Part shown: positions 18,769 through 29,019 of the stretch, one piece after another
Numbering within the stretch: the stretch's first letter is position 1
How the letters are laid out: the number at the start of each line of letters is the position of its first letter
DNA from: an uncultured Acidobacteriota bacterium
GTDB lineage: Bacteria; Acidobacteriota; Thermoanaerobaculia; UBA5066; DATFVB01
Direction of reading: 5' to 3'
Assembly: GCA_963813155.1 (NCBI GenBank)
Contig: CAWEYG010000001.1
Location: 768,001 to 832,000, forward strand
DNA length: 64,000 nucleotides
Notes under the pieces: model-generated
Told to the model about the DNA's origin: nothing
Seen by the model: the letters and a program-made list of their open reading frames with translations, nothing else
The model's database searches: none
Translations under genes and position numbers: made by a program

Positions 18769-19670
18769 GGGGTCCGCCCGACGAGGTCGCGCGCGTTCAT
18801 CTTCCTCGCTTCGCAATAGGCCTCGAGCTCGCGAACGAGCCTCTCGGAAACGCCCGGCTCGCGAAAGTTCGCCGTCCCCACCTGTACCGCGGAGGCGCCG
18901 GCCGACAGGAACTCCAGGACGTCCGACAGCTCCGAGATGCCTCCGATTCCCCACAGGGGCATGTCCGGCATCGCGCGATGCACCTGGTAGACCATCCGGA
19001 CGGCGAGCGGACGGATCGCCGGGCCCGAGAGGCCGCCCGTTCCGAAGGAGATCCGCGGCCGGCCCGTCTCGGGATCGATCGCCATGCCGACGAACGTGTT
19101 GACGAGAGAGATCACGTCGGCCCCCGCTTCGCGCGCGGCGCGCGCCGACTCGACGAGATCCGGCGCGTTCGGGGACAGCTTGACGACGAGCGGCAGGCGC
19201 GTCGCGGCGCGGACTTTCGAAACGAGAGATTTCGTGAGCGCGGGCGAGTTGCCGAACAGCATGCCGCCCTTCGAAACGTTCGGGCACGAGATGTTGAGCT
19301 CGACGCCCGCGAGCCCCGCGCTCCCCTCGAGGCGCCGGACGAGCGCGACGTAATCCTCTTCTTCGTCCCCCCAGACGTTCGCGAACACGCACGCGCCCGC
19401 CTCGCGCAGCTTCGGGAGCTTTTCGAGGACGAACGCCTCCACCCCCACGTTCTGAAGCCCGATCGCGTTGAGCATGCCCGACGGCGTCTCGCAGATCCGG
19501 GGCGGAGGGTTGCCCTCGTGCGGACGCAGCGAGAGCCCCTTCGTGAAGAGCGCGCCGATCCGGGACAGGTCGACGACGCCGGAGAACTCGAGCCCGTACC
19601 CGAACGTTCCGGACGCGGTCGCGACCGGGTTCTTCAGGCGAATCGGGCCGAGGGCGACGGAGAGGTCCAT
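18765..19670 (-). CDS. pyrD: Dihydroorotate dehydrogenase B, catalytic subunit
   Basis: ASGTFGYG, NAIGLQN, ELNISCPNV, KLSPN, GGLSG. Confidence 0.96.
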   Translation of the reverse strand: MDLSVALGPIRLKNPVATASGTFGYGLEFSGVVDLSRIGALFTKGLSLRPHEGNPPPRICETPSGMLNAIGLQNVGVEAFVLEKLPKLREAGACVFANVWGDEEEDYVALVRRLEGSAGLAGVELNISCPNVSKGGMLFGNSPALTKSLVSKVRAATRLPLVVKLSPNAPDLVESARAAREAGADVISLVNTFVGMAIDPETGRPRISFGTGGLSGPAIRPLAVRMVYQVHRAMPDMPLWGIGGISELSDVLEFLSAGASAVQVGTANFREPGVSERLVRELEAYCEARKMNARDLVGRTP

Positions 19671-20473
19671 CAGCACTTCTCCCACGCGACGCGATCCGGG
19701 GGAAGGATCGGGCCCTCTTTGCACGAGACGAGATAGCCGCCTTCCGGCTTCGGCAGGACGCACGCGAGGCAGACCCCGAACCCGCAGCCCATCGCGGCTT
19801 CGGTCGAGAACTCCGCAACCAGGGAGAAGCGCTCGACGATCGGCGCGAGCGCGCGGAACATCGGGGTCGGCCCGCACGCGAAAAGCCGCGCATATCGCGC
19901 GCCCCCTTCCAGCCGGCGGACGAGGAGCTCGGTCACGCGCCCCTTTTCCCCGAAGGACCCGTCTTCGGTCGCCGCGAGAACGTCGCCTTCGGTCCCGTCG
20001 ACGAGAGGAGCGATCTTCCGCCGATACTCGAGATCCGCCGACGTCCGGCCGCCGAAGAAGAGGTCGGCCGCGATGCCCCGCTCCCGGAGCGCGCGGAGAA
20101 GGAGCGGAAACGGGGCCACGCCGACGCCTCCCGCGACGATCGCAACGCGGTCGGCCCGCGAAAGGCCGTCGGTCCCGAAACGGTTGCCGAGCGGCGCGAG
20201 GATCTCGACGTCGTCGCCGGGCGCGAGGCCCTCGAGACAGGAGGTGCCGACCCCAACGGTCTTGACGAGGAATTCGATCGTTCCGGCCGAAGGATCGGCG
20301 TCCGCGACCGAAAAGGCGCGCCGAAGGAACGGCCGGCTGCGATCCGGCACGCCGAGCATCGCGAATTGTCCCGGCTGAATGGAGGAGGCGAGTTCCGGCG
20401 CGTCGAACCCGATCGAAAAAAGCCCGGGCGCGTAACTCTCCCGGCGCCGGAGGGGGACCCGAAAGTCGCGCAT
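19670..20473 (-). CDS. pyrK: Dihydroorotate dehydrogenase electron transfer subunit
   Basis: PGQF, RRAFS, AGGVGVAP, CGP, MGCGFGVCLAC..C..GP. Confidence 0.93.
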   Translation of the reverse strand: MRDFRVPLRRRESYAPGLFSIGFDAPELASSIQPGQFAMLGVPDRSRPFLRRAFSVADADPSAGTIEFLVKTVGVGTSCLEGLAPGDDVEILAPLGNRFGTDGLSRADRVAIVAGGVGVAPFPLLLRALRERGIAADLFFGGRTSADLEYRRKIAPLVDGTEGDVLAATEDGSFGEKGRVTELLVRRLEGGARYARLFACGPTPMFRALAPIVERFSLVAEFSTEAAMGCGFGVCLACVLPKPEGGYLVSCKEGPILPPDRVAWEKC

Positions 20474-20484
20474 TGCCGCGCGGA

Positions 20485-21177
20485 TTATACGGGGGATCGC
20501 TCGCAGATGCGCCGGGCGCGCCGGAAGACCGACGAAAGCATCGCCGGCGTCAGCTTCCCGGTGAAGGTGTTCTGCTGGCTCGGGTGATACGAGCCGAGAA
20601 GCGCCACTCCCCCGAGCGAGACCTCGCACCCATGGCCGAACCGCGGCCGGGGCCGCGGCACCTCGCGACCGAGGGCCTTCCAGGTCTCGAGGACCGCCGA
20701 GAAGGCAAGCGCCCCGAGCGCGACGATCGCGGCCAGGCCGGGAAGGAGCGCAATTTCCCTCTCGAGATAAGGGCGGCAGTTTCGAAACTCCTCCGGCGTC
20801 GGGCGATTGTCGGGCGGGGCGCATCGAACGGCCGCGCTGACGAGGGCGCCGGAAATCCGGAGCCCGTCGTGTCGCGAGGCCGAGAGGGGCTGATTCGCGA
20901 AGCCCGTTCGCCAGAGGCTCCGGAAGAGAAAGTCGCCCGAGGCGTCGCCGGTGAAGACCCGCCCGGTGCGGTTTCCGCCGTTCGCGGCCGGGGCGAGACC
21001 GACGATCAGAAGCCTCGCGTCTGGATCTCCGAAGGGCGGGAGGGGCCGCGCCCAGTAATGCTCGCCGCGGAAACGCGCGGGCGCCTGCCGGGCCGCCTCC
21101 TCGCGCCAGGCGACCAGTCGCGGGCAGCGCCGGCAGCCGACGATCTCGCGCGACAGCTTCGCGAGGGAGTCCCTCAC
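20485..21177 (-). CDS. Uracil-DNA glycosylase, family 5
   Basis: CRRCPRL, GLAPAANG-GNRTGR, RCAPP, YHPSQQN. Confidence 0.92.
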   Translation of the reverse strand: MRDSLAKLSREIVGCRRCPRLVAWREEAARQAPARFRGEHYWARPLPPFGDPDARLLIVGLAPAANGGNRTGRVFTGDASGDFLFRSLWRTGFANQPLSASRHDGLRISGALVSAAVRCAPPDNRPTPEEFRNCRPYLEREIALLPGLAAIVALGALAFSAVLETWKALGREVPRPRPRFGHGCEVSLGGVALLGSYHPSQQNTFTGKLTPAMLSSVFRRARRICERSPV

Positions 21178-21806
21178 ATCCGGGTGGATGCGCTCTGAAG
21201 AGAGGCGAGAAGCGATTCGAACCCGGCCTTCGAGCGCTCGAGAGTTGCCTTCGGGCCGGTGGCCTTGAAGAAGACGTTTCCCTGAGGGCCCTCGACGATC
21301 GCGCCCCAGAGCTCGGAATTCGGCTCGGGAGTGGACGGGCCCATCGGCAGGCCCGAGGAGTACGTTCCTTGCGCCGTCACGATCGTGACCGCGAGACCGT
21401 TCCTCCGGCCGGAGCTCACGTTCCCGGCCGCGGGCTTGCCGGACGCGTCGAGGAACTGTCCCTTCCATCGCTCGATGTTCTCCCCGACGCCGCCCCCCTG
21501 GCCGCTGCCGAAGAAATAGGCGACGAACAGAGCGTCCTTTTCGTTCCCGGTTCCCGGGATCGCGAACTGCGCGGCGCGCATCGGCGAAGAAGGAGACTCC
21601 CGGCGCCATTCCGCGGGAGCAGAGAAAGAGACACCCGCGACTTCGACGCTCCCCCCGGGGCTGACCACCGCCGGGGAAGATCCTCCGGCCGGAGAGGTCT
21701 CCGCGTGCGAGGGGATCATCAGGATGTCCGGCGCCGGTTGCCTCTTCCGGCAGGAGAACGACGCCACAGCCGCCGCGAACACGAGAAACCCGCGCGAGCT
21801 TTTCAC
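21174..21806 (-). CDS. Hypothetical lipoprotein
   Basis: Lipobox-like ASFSC; SSPMRAAQF, GGGVGENIERW, FFKATGP. Confidence 0.75.
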   Translation of the reverse strand: MKSSRGFLVFAAAVASFSCRKRQPAPDILMIPSHAETSPAGGSSPAVVSPGGSVEVAGVSFSAPAEWRRESPSSPMRAAQFAIPGTGNEKDALFVAYFFGSGQGGGVGENIERWKGQFLDASGKPAAGNVSSGRRNGLAVTIVTAQGTYSSGLPMGPSTPEPNSELWGAIVEGPQGNVFFKATGPKATLERSKAGFESLLASLQSASTRM

Positions 21807-23473
21807 GGCGCCGACTCTACCTCAGTCCGCAGATGATTCGAAGCGCAGCGGTACCCGCCGTTGCGGACGATGCTCGCGACGAGCGGAGGATAGAGAACGA
21901 GGCGGCAGCCGGCGGCCTCGAACTCGCGGCGGGCGATCTCGTCGCCGCCGCGGAGGAGGCTCGCGAACCCTTCCGCCCGGCAGCCCGAGCCCTCGCTCTC
22001 CAGGACGACGTTGTTCCAGTTGATCGAAAAGCTCGCGGCCGCAGGGGGACCGGAGGAGCCGGCGAGCGCCTCGTCGGGGACGAGAAAGAGCGGCAGTCTC
22101 CTCACCGAAAGGCCCTGCCGGCGAAGGTGCTCGGCGCAAAGATCGAGAAAACGGCCGAGGCCCGCCGGCCGTCCCGAGGCGTTGTACGAGACGAGCGCCG
22201 TTCGCAGGGACGACGTGGATCCCGCCAGGCCGAAGCCCCTCCGGAACTCGTCGAGATCCTTCTCGTCCGCGCTTCGAAGGAGATCGCGGCCGGAAGCAAC
22301 GTCTCCCACGAACGCCTCCGTCTTTGCGCCGCGGGAGACGAGAGTCACGATCGAATCGAGGTCGAACCCCGCGCCGCCGCCGATTGCGCCCATGAGCTGG
22401 CTCTGCTCGCGCGCGCTTTCGGAACCGGGGAGCGGGTGAATGAACCGGACGGGGCGGCCGTACAGTGCCGAAAGCTCCGCGGCCGCGCGCCGGGCCGCGC
22501 CGACATAGCGGGAGACGCCCTTCGGCGACGCAAAGGATTCGACCGGGACCCGCCGCGCGCCGAGCATCTGGAGAATCCTCGGCTCGATCGTGTGAATCGA
22601 GATCCACGCGGCCGCGGGCAACTGGAGGACCTGGCCGTTGTGGAACGGCACGGGCGAAACGGCCCACCGGGGACGCCCCCACGCCCGGTCGAGGGCGTCC
22701 GGCAGATCCTTGACGAGCTCGCGCCCCATCGCGTTGTCGTCCCGGCGGGCCTCCTGGAGGATGGCGAGCGGGCGGACGAGGATGCGGACCGCGCCCGCCG
22801 GACCGCGCAGGAGACTGAACGTGTCCCGGGGCCACGGCGTGTAATCCCGGCCGACGGTGTCGAGCAGGACGACGCCGTGGTCTCGCGAGAACGCCTCGAG
22901 CTCGATTCGCCGGGCCGGGTCGACGAACGCGAGGGTCGCGCGATTCGGAGCGGATTCCCGGACGGCCTGGAGAAAAGCCTCGACCGGGGCGAGCTCCAGA
23001 TAGTCGCTCGGCAGGCTGTAGATCGAAGCCTCGATGCGTCCGGCGTCGTCCGCGGGGAACCGCCACTGTCCCGCCGCGAAGCGCTCCCGCCGCTCGGCGC
23101 TGCGGCGCGGAACGGCGCCCCAGTCGGACTCCAGGCGCTCCAGGTCGTCGTACGGCATCTCGCCGTCGCTCGCGAAGCGAAAGAGAAGCATTTCGCGCAG
23201 CAGCGGCGGGCCGTCCGCCGGAAACGCGCGGGATAGGCCCTCGAGCGCGCGCCGCCGGTACCCGGAATCGCGGTAAAAACGCCGCGGGTCCCCCTCAAGA
23301 CGCCGCGCGAGCTCGTTGACCGAATCGGCGGACCAGGGAGGCCCGGTCCGCGCGACGGCCGCGATCTGTTCCGACGCCGAAGCCCGCGCCGCCTTCGGAA
23401 GGGAATTTGCCGGCGCGGCGGCCAGGATCGCCGAAGACAGGGCGAGCCCCGCCCTCCGGAGCCCGGGACTCAC
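21803..23473 (-). CDS. Secreted pentein (arginine/agmatine deiminase-like) protein
   Basis: Signal peptide; PWPRD, FDLDS, NWNN, terminal GGYRCAS. Confidence 0.6.
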   Translation of the reverse strand: MSPGLRRAGLALSSAILAAAPANSLPKAARASASEQIAAVARTGPPWSADSVNELARRLEGDPRRFYRDSGYRRRALEGLSRAFPADGPPLLREMLLFRFASDGEMPYDDLERLESDWGAVPRRSAERRERFAAGQWRFPADDAGRIEASIYSLPSDYLELAPVEAFLQAVRESAPNRATLAFVDPARRIELEAFSRDHGVVLLDTVGRDYTPWPRDTFSLLRGPAGAVRILVRPLAILQEARRDDNAMGRELVKDLPDALDRAWGRPRWAVSPVPFHNGQVLQLPAAAWISIHTIEPRILQMLGARRVPVESFASPKGVSRYVGAARRAAAELSALYGRPVRFIHPLPGSESAREQSQLMGAIGGGAGFDLDSIVTLVSRGAKTEAFVGDVASGRDLLRSADEKDLDEFRRGFGLAGSTSSLRTALVSYNASGRPAGLGRFLDLCAEHLRRQGLSVRRLPLFLVPDEALAGSSGPPAAASFSINWNNVVLESEGSGCRAEGFASLLRGGDEIARREFEAAGCRLVLYPPLVASIVRNGGYRCASNHLRTEVESAP

Positions 23474-24687
23474 GGTTGCCGAACCGCGGAGAGCCACTCC
23501 GATTCGACCTTGAAAATGTCGGCGCCGAGATTGCCCAGCGAAGCGGCGGCGAGCGCGTCTCCGCTGCCCAGGTCCTTCACGAGACAGACGAGGGCCGACT
23601 GGCCGAATCGGCGAACCAGAAATTGCACGAATGAGAGAGAGAGGACGTAGGCTCGCCGCGCGCGGTCGCGATCCAGGCGCTGGTGAAAATCCCCGTCGGA
23701 GTCGAAGATCCACGACCCCTCGCGGGGCGCCACGGCGGCGGCGAGCGCCCGGTCCACCCGCCGCCCTTCGACGAACTGCGCGAGGCCCTCCTGGAGCCAC
23801 GCCGGAGCGCGATGGGCCCCCACCTCCTGCAGGAATGCGTGCGCGAGCTCGTGCGAAAGGAGCGCGAGGAACGCTTCCGAAACTCCCCCCGCCTCGTCGA
23901 GGGGCACGTGGATCTTGCCGTCGAAGAACCCGGCGACCCAGTCCGGCGTTTCCACGAGCCGAAAATAGCTCCGGTCGCGATAGAGAATCACGACCTGGGG
24001 GACCCGGAGGGGAACCATGAAGAAATCGGCCTGGGACGCGGCGTTCTGGCGGAGATACTGGTCGATCGCCTCGACCGAGGCGACGTCGATCGACGGATCG
24101 AAATAAAACTCGAACTCGTCCCCGGAGAAAAACCGCTGGCCGTGGCCGTACGCCCACTCGCGTCGAGTGTGCTCGATCTTCGCGTTGAGCGCGGCGTCGT
24201 TGGCCATGAGGCGGCGGGCCTGTTCCCAGGCCTCGAGCGCGTCGTCGAGACGCCCCCTCTTCTCGCACAGGTTCCCGATCTCTTCCCAGACCCGCCCGGC
24301 CCCTTCGACGCGCGCGGAGGAGTGCAGCGCCTGGTCGAGATAGAAGGCCGCGAACTCGAAGTCCCCGTTCCGCAGGTACGCGAGGGTCAGCCACGCGAGC
24401 GCGTCTCCATTCTCGGGATCGCGGGCCACGGCCTCCTCGAGCAACTCGATCGCGCGGGGCGCTTCGCCGCGCGAGAGAATCTGCGCTCCAATGCCCGTCA
24501 GCTCGCGCGACGCGTCGGCGGGAGCGGGCGGGTGACGGGAGGCATCGCTCGCGCGGAAAGCTTCCAGCCGCGATTCCGGCGTCCGAGGGCTCGACGGCGT
24601 CGCCGCCCGAGCGAGCGCGGTTGCGAACAGAACCGCAATCATCGCCGCAACCCGGAGCCGGCCGCGGCCGGAACCGACGAGAGTCAC
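23470..24687 (-). CDS. TPR protein with peptidase MA-like metallopeptidase domain
   Basis: TPR helices, then HELAH and PAWLQEGLAQF; start 24687 or 24642. Confidence 0.85.
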   Translation of the reverse strand: MTLVGSGRGRLRVAAMIAVLFATALARAATPSSPRTPESRLEAFRASDASRHPPAPADASRELTGIGAQILSRGEAPRAIELLEEAVARDPENGDALAWLTLAYLRNGDFEFAAFYLDQALHSSARVEGAGRVWEEIGNLCEKRGRLDDALEAWEQARRLMANDAALNAKIEHTRREWAYGHGQRFFSGDEFEFYFDPSIDVASVEAIDQYLRQNAASQADFFMVPLRVPQVVILYRDRSYFRLVETPDWVAGFFDGKIHVPLDEAGGVSEAFLALLSHELAHAFLQEVGAHRAPAWLQEGLAQFVEGRRVDRALAAAVAPREGSWIFDSDGDFHQRLDRDRARRAYVLSLSFVQFLVRRFGQSALVCLVKDLGSGDALAAASLGNLGADIFKVESEWLSAVRQP

Positions 24688-26816
24688 GAAACTCGAAACT
24701 TCGTTTCGCTCTGGGAAGAGAGTCGCTCGCCGGCGGAATCCGAGATCCTGACCCGCAGGGAATACGCGCCTTCCGGAAGGCCGGCGGCGGAAAATTCGAG
24801 GAGAACCTTCGTCAGGCCGCGCGCGTCGGGAGCGCTCCGCCCGATCAACGTCACCTGCGCGGGGCTTCGGTCGCGGCCGTCGGAGCCGAGGACTTCCGCC
24901 GAGATCTGATACGGCGACTCGGCGGCGCCGGGTCGGCCATGGTAGAGGAAAACGCAGATGCGGGCGTGCCCGTCGCGCTCGAGCACGGGCGCGGGCGTCG
25001 GCGTCACGACTTCGCCGCCGATCTGGAAAGGTTCCGGGTCCGCGCCTCCCGCCGACGGGTCCCGCATGAAGAGCCCGCGCGCCGCCGTTTCGAGAAACAC
25101 GGGGGGCAGCACCTCGGGACCCGCGGCGCCGGGCGCGGTGATCGTGATCGGCACCACGCGAAACGCGAACAGTCCCGTCGTCTCGTCGCGGACGTAGACG
25201 CGGGCGCGATACGAGCCCGGCAGGGCGCGGCACGTGCCGTAGAAAGTGACGCCGCCGCGGGAACGGCCGCCGTCGCGCGACGGGTCGATCGTGGCCAACC
25301 GCGTGAAGTAATCCGTGAGCTTGCCGGTCTCGTCCGTCAGGTAAACGTAGATGCCGAGGCGCCGGACGCCGCCCGCGGCGCCCTTCGCGTCGATCGAGCC
25401 GGGCAGCCGCACGAAAATCGGAATCCGGCTGACCGGACCCTCCACGAGAGGGACCGCGAGCACGTCGATCGGGAAATCCCCCTTCGATTTTTCGTGGGTG
25501 ATCACGTCGGCCGCCGCGAGAGAACGCTCCAGCGGCGACAGCCGGCTGAACCCCCGCGTCTCGTAGTACCCGGCGCGCGCCGACACCCGAACGCCCTTCC
25601 GGCGGACCTTCACGCTGAGCTTGTGAAATTTCCCCTCCCCCAGGACTTTCTTCGGACTGTAGGAGAGCACATACGTGACGCTCGTCATCTCCTGGACGCG
25701 CCGCATCTGGGCGTCGAGATCGTTCGCGTGCTGGATCAATTCTCCACCCGTGCCGTTCGCGAAAGCGAACAAAGCGGCCTCTCCGCGCGCAGCCGCCGAA
25801 GACAGGCTGACGTCGCCGTCCGCCTTCAACCCGGCGATGTCGATCGCGTAGATCGCGCAGTCGGAACGCCGAAAGAGAGTCAGCGTGTCGTCGAGTTGAC
25901 GCTGCAGGGAATTGTTCGAATAGCGTTTGTCGACGTCGGTCAACCAGTAGAGGCCGTGAAACATCGCCTCGTTGTCGGAGGCCGCGTGCTCCACGCTCTG
26001 GTCGATGTTGCCGGTGAGAAGGCTTCCGTCGAAGCCGTCCGAAAAGTAGATGACGGTCTTGTGGCCTTCGATCGTGTCGAGCGCCGCCGCGAGCGAGCTC
26101 ATCTCCCCGAGGTGACGCGTCACGCGGCTGATCGAATATTGGTCGGCGTCCTTCTGAGCGGCGATCGACAGGGTCTTCATGGTGAGCGCGAACTCGGCGG
26201 CGTTGCCGGGCGCGTTGTCGGTGATCGTCGCCAGATCCTGTAAATAGGGGTTGCCGCCCGTGGGAAGGTCGAAGGCGAACTGAAGCGGGTCCCGAACCTG
26301 GTCCATCGCGCCGGGAAGCCCGACGTTCTTGATCGCGCTTTGAAGCTGCTTCCGGTCCGACGTGAAAGTGAGGAGCAGCCGGGCTCCGGTCTCGACCGAC
26401 GTGAACGCGACCGCGGCGAGATCCGACGGGGCCATCGCATTCACGACGAACCGCAGGGCGGCTTCGCGCGACCGCACGAGCTCCATCGGCTTCGCGAAAG
26501 ACAAATCGAAAAGGAGCACGAAATGGCGGCGGCCGGCCGCGGGCAGATCTTCGGGCAGGCCCGACCGTTCGGCCAGGCGGGAAAGGTCGACGACGTCGAC
26601 GGCCGTGACTTCCTGTTCCTTGCCTTCGTCCTCGATCGTGAAATCGGAGGCGGTCAGGCCTCGAACGGGCTTGCCGTCGCGTCCCGTCACATTCACGGGA
26701 ACTTCCACGAGCGAGACCGACGAGTATTCGCGGACCGTGTCGTCGGCCCGCCGGGCGATCGCCCATGCCGCGGCCAACGTCGAAAGAAGAGCGAAGATCC
26801 CAATCCTTTTCATCAT
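24684..26816 (-). CDS. Acidobacterial-type VWA domain protein
   Basis: VEVPVNVTGRDGKPVRGL..DF, LLFDLS, KTVIYFSDG, TGG, YVLSY, ARAGYY. Confidence 0.9.
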   Translation of the reverse strand: MMKRIGIFALLSTLAAAWAIARRADDTVREYSSVSLVEVPVNVTGRDGKPVRGLTASDFTIEDEGKEQEVTAVDVVDLSRLAERSGLPEDLPAAGRRHFVLLFDLSFAKPMELVRSREAALRFVVNAMAPSDLAAVAFTSVETGARLLLTFTSDRKQLQSAIKNVGLPGAMDQVRDPLQFAFDLPTGGNPYLQDLATITDNAPGNAAEFALTMKTLSIAAQKDADQYSISRVTRHLGEMSSLAAALDTIEGHKTVIYFSDGFDGSLLTGNIDQSVEHAASDNEAMFHGLYWLTDVDKRYSNNSLQRQLDDTLTLFRRSDCAIYAIDIAGLKADGDVSLSSAAARGEAALFAFANGTGGELIQHANDLDAQMRRVQEMTSVTYVLSYSPKKVLGEGKFHKLSVKVRRKGVRVSARAGYYETRGFSRLSPLERSLAAADVITHEKSKGDFPIDVLAVPLVEGPVSRIPIFVRLPGSIDAKGAAGGVRRLGIYVYLTDETGKLTDYFTRLATIDPSRDGGRSRGGVTFYGTCRALPGSYRARVYVRDETTGLFAFRVVPITITAPGAAGPEVLPPVFLETAARGLFMRDPSAGGADPEPFQIGGEVVTPTPAPVLERDGHARICVFLYHGRPGAAESPYQISAEVLGSDGRDRSPAQVTLIGRSAPDARGLTKVLLEFSAAGLPEGAYSLRVRISDSAGERLSSQSETKFRVS

Positions 26817-26898
26817 GCCGGCGCCGCCTCGGGGGCTACCCATAATCTACACCTATTTCCGCCCGCGGTGCCGCGGACGAGACTTCTTTATCTCTTCC

Positions 26899-29019
26899 TC
26901 ATTTTCCGCCGACCGACCGGGCTCGCGCCAGCATCCGCTTCGCGTCCGCCGGGTCCCCCAGCACCTGGTACGCCTGAGCCGCGGCCTCGAGGGTGCGGGG
27001 CGTCGGCGAGCCCTGGATCATCTGCTCGAGGGTGGCGCGCGCCTGCGCTCCCTGCCCCTCGCTCGCGTAAAGGATTGCGAGTCCCGTCCATGCCCTCGGG
27101 TTGTTCGCGAAATAGCGAATCTCCTCCCGAAAGGCCTCTTCGGCGTCGCGATTGCGCCCCATCCGGGCCAGGATGTCCCCGCGGAAGGCCGCCACGTCGC
27201 TGATGGGACCCTGTCCGGCGGCGCGGCGGTCGGCTTCGATCGAATCGAGGATCTGCAGAGCTCCGGGCAGGTCCCCGCGGGCCCTCCGAACCTGGGCGAG
27301 GATGACGTCGGGCATGCGGCGGCTCCGGTAGCCCCCCTTCGCTTTCTCGGCCTCCTGCTCCGCGGCGTCGTATTTCTTCTGCGCCAGGTACACCGTCGCG
27401 AGCACCTGGTGCGCCTCCGCGGGGCCGTGAATCGCGATCGACCTTTCCGCGTACAGCGCGGCCTGCGACGTGTCGCCGAGCTCGAGATACTCGGTTGCGA
27501 AGCTGGCGAGAATGTTCGGGTCTCCCGGCTGGAGAGCGTCCTGACGGCGCAGCGCTTCGATCGCCTCGCGATTCTTTCCGAGCTTGTGCAGCGAATTCGC
27601 GAGCGCTCCCCACCCGTCGCTCATCTGCGGATGGCGCAGGAGGGTTTCCCGCAGGGCGGTCACGGCCTCCGCGTGCTTGCGCTCCGCGTCGAGCTTCATG
27701 GCGCTCTTGAGCTCGCGAATCTCCCCGATGTGGTCCCGCGGATCGGGAAGCGGCCCGGACGCGGCCGGCGCGCGCCCCGCGCCGAGGTAGCCCAGGGACG
27801 CGAGCTTCTGCACCTGCTCGGCGTCCGCGGCCCCTGGCGCCTGCTCGGGCCGGTCCATGGCCGTCAGCTCGTTGTGCATCGATCGAAACGCCGGGGGCAG
27901 TCCGGACGCGAGGTCGCGCCGCTCGCCCGGATCGGACACGAAGTCGAAGAGCTCGTCCCGGCCGCCGTGAATGTACTGGAACTGACTGTCCGTCAGCGAC
28001 GCGAGGTCGCTCCAGCCGAAATGGTACCGGGGGTAGAACGTCTCGCCGTAGATCCGGCGGACCGGACCGGACGAGAGCAACGAGCGGCCGGAAAGGCCGT
28101 CCGGTTTTCCGGTTCCGGTCAAATCGAGAATGGTCGGAGCGACGTCCACGAGGCCGACGGGCGCGTCGACCCGCTCACCGGCCCGGCGCTCCCGCGGGAG
28201 CTTCACGAGAAGCGGCACGTGCAGCTCCTCCCGGTAGAGCAGCAATCCGTGTTCGTCCTCGCCGTGATCGCCGAGACCCTCGCCGTGGTCGGCGAGCAGG
28301 ATGACGAGCGAAGGCGAGTACACGCCGCGCGCGCGAAGGAACCGGAAAAACTGGCCGACGACGTCGTCGGCGGTCGCAATCTCGCCGTCGTACGGCGAAG
28401 AAGCGTAGCGGGATTTGAACGGCTCCGGCGGATCGTACGGGGTGTGCGGCTCGTAGAGGTGGAGGAAGTAGAAGAACGGGGCGCTGTCGTGCGCGGCGAT
28501 CCACGCTTCGGCGATCTTCTCGCTCTCGTAGCCCGAGCGCTGGATCTCGCCGATCGACAGGGACGTCGAGCCCGTCACCATCTTGTCGTCGAAGTCGTCG
28601 AACCCCTGCGAAACGCCCGTCGCCGCCATGAGAACGACCGCGGACACCGCCGCGCCCGTCGAGTATCCACGCGCCTTCAGGAGAGTCGCGAGCGTCGCGT
28701 GCGAGGGGGAAAGGACGTACCCGAGGTTGTCGCGGACGCCGTTGCGGGGAGGCAGCAGCCCCGTGAGAAGCGACACGTGCGAGGGAAGGGTGAGCGGGAC
28801 GTGGCTGTACGCCTCGGAGAAGAGAATCGCGTCGCGCCGCAGCCCGTCGATCGCGGGCGTCGCGACCTTGCCGTACCCGTAGGCGGGCAGATGATCCGCG
28901 CGAAGCGTGTCGATCGAAATCAGGATGACCGACGGCTGCCGGCTCTCCCTCCGGCAGGCCGCGGACGCCCCGAGGAGCGCCGCGAGGACCGCGAGGGAGG
29001 CGATTGCCCGCGTCTTCAT
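26899..29019 (-). CDS. Sulfatase/alkaline-phosphatase-superfamily lipoprotein with C-terminal TPRs (paralog 1)
   Basis: SIDTLRADH, VPLTLPSH..LTG, HLYEPH, DHGEG; lipobox SAAC. Confidence 0.92.
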   Translation of the reverse strand: MKTRAIASLAVLAALLGASAACRRESRQPSVILISIDTLRADHLPAYGYGKVATPAIDGLRRDAILFSEAYSHVPLTLPSHVSLLTGLLPPRNGVRDNLGYVLSPSHATLATLLKARGYSTGAAVSAVVLMAATGVSQGFDDFDDKMVTGSTSLSIGEIQRSGYESEKIAEAWIAAHDSAPFFYFLHLYEPHTPYDPPEPFKSRYASSPYDGEIATADDVVGQFFRFLRARGVYSPSLVILLADHGEGLGDHGEDEHGLLLYREELHVPLLVKLPRERRAGERVDAPVGLVDVAPTILDLTGTGKPDGLSGRSLLSSGPVRRIYGETFYPRYHFGWSDLASLTDSQFQYIHGGRDELFDFVSDPGERRDLASGLPPAFRSMHNELTAMDRPEQAPGAADAEQVQKLASLGYLGAGRAPAASGPLPDPRDHIGEIRELKSAMKLDAERKHAEAVTALRETLLRHPQMSDGWGALANSLHKLGKNREAIEALRRQDALQPGDPNILASFATEYLELGDTSQAALYAERSIAIHGPAEAHQVLATVYLAQKKYDAAEQEAEKAKGGYRSRRMPDVILAQVRRARGDLPGALQILDSIEADRRAAGQGPISDVAAFRGDILARMGRNRDAEEAFREEIRYFANNPRAWTGLAILYASEGQGAQARATLEQMIQGSPTPRTLEAAAQAYQVLGDPADAKRMLARARSVGGK

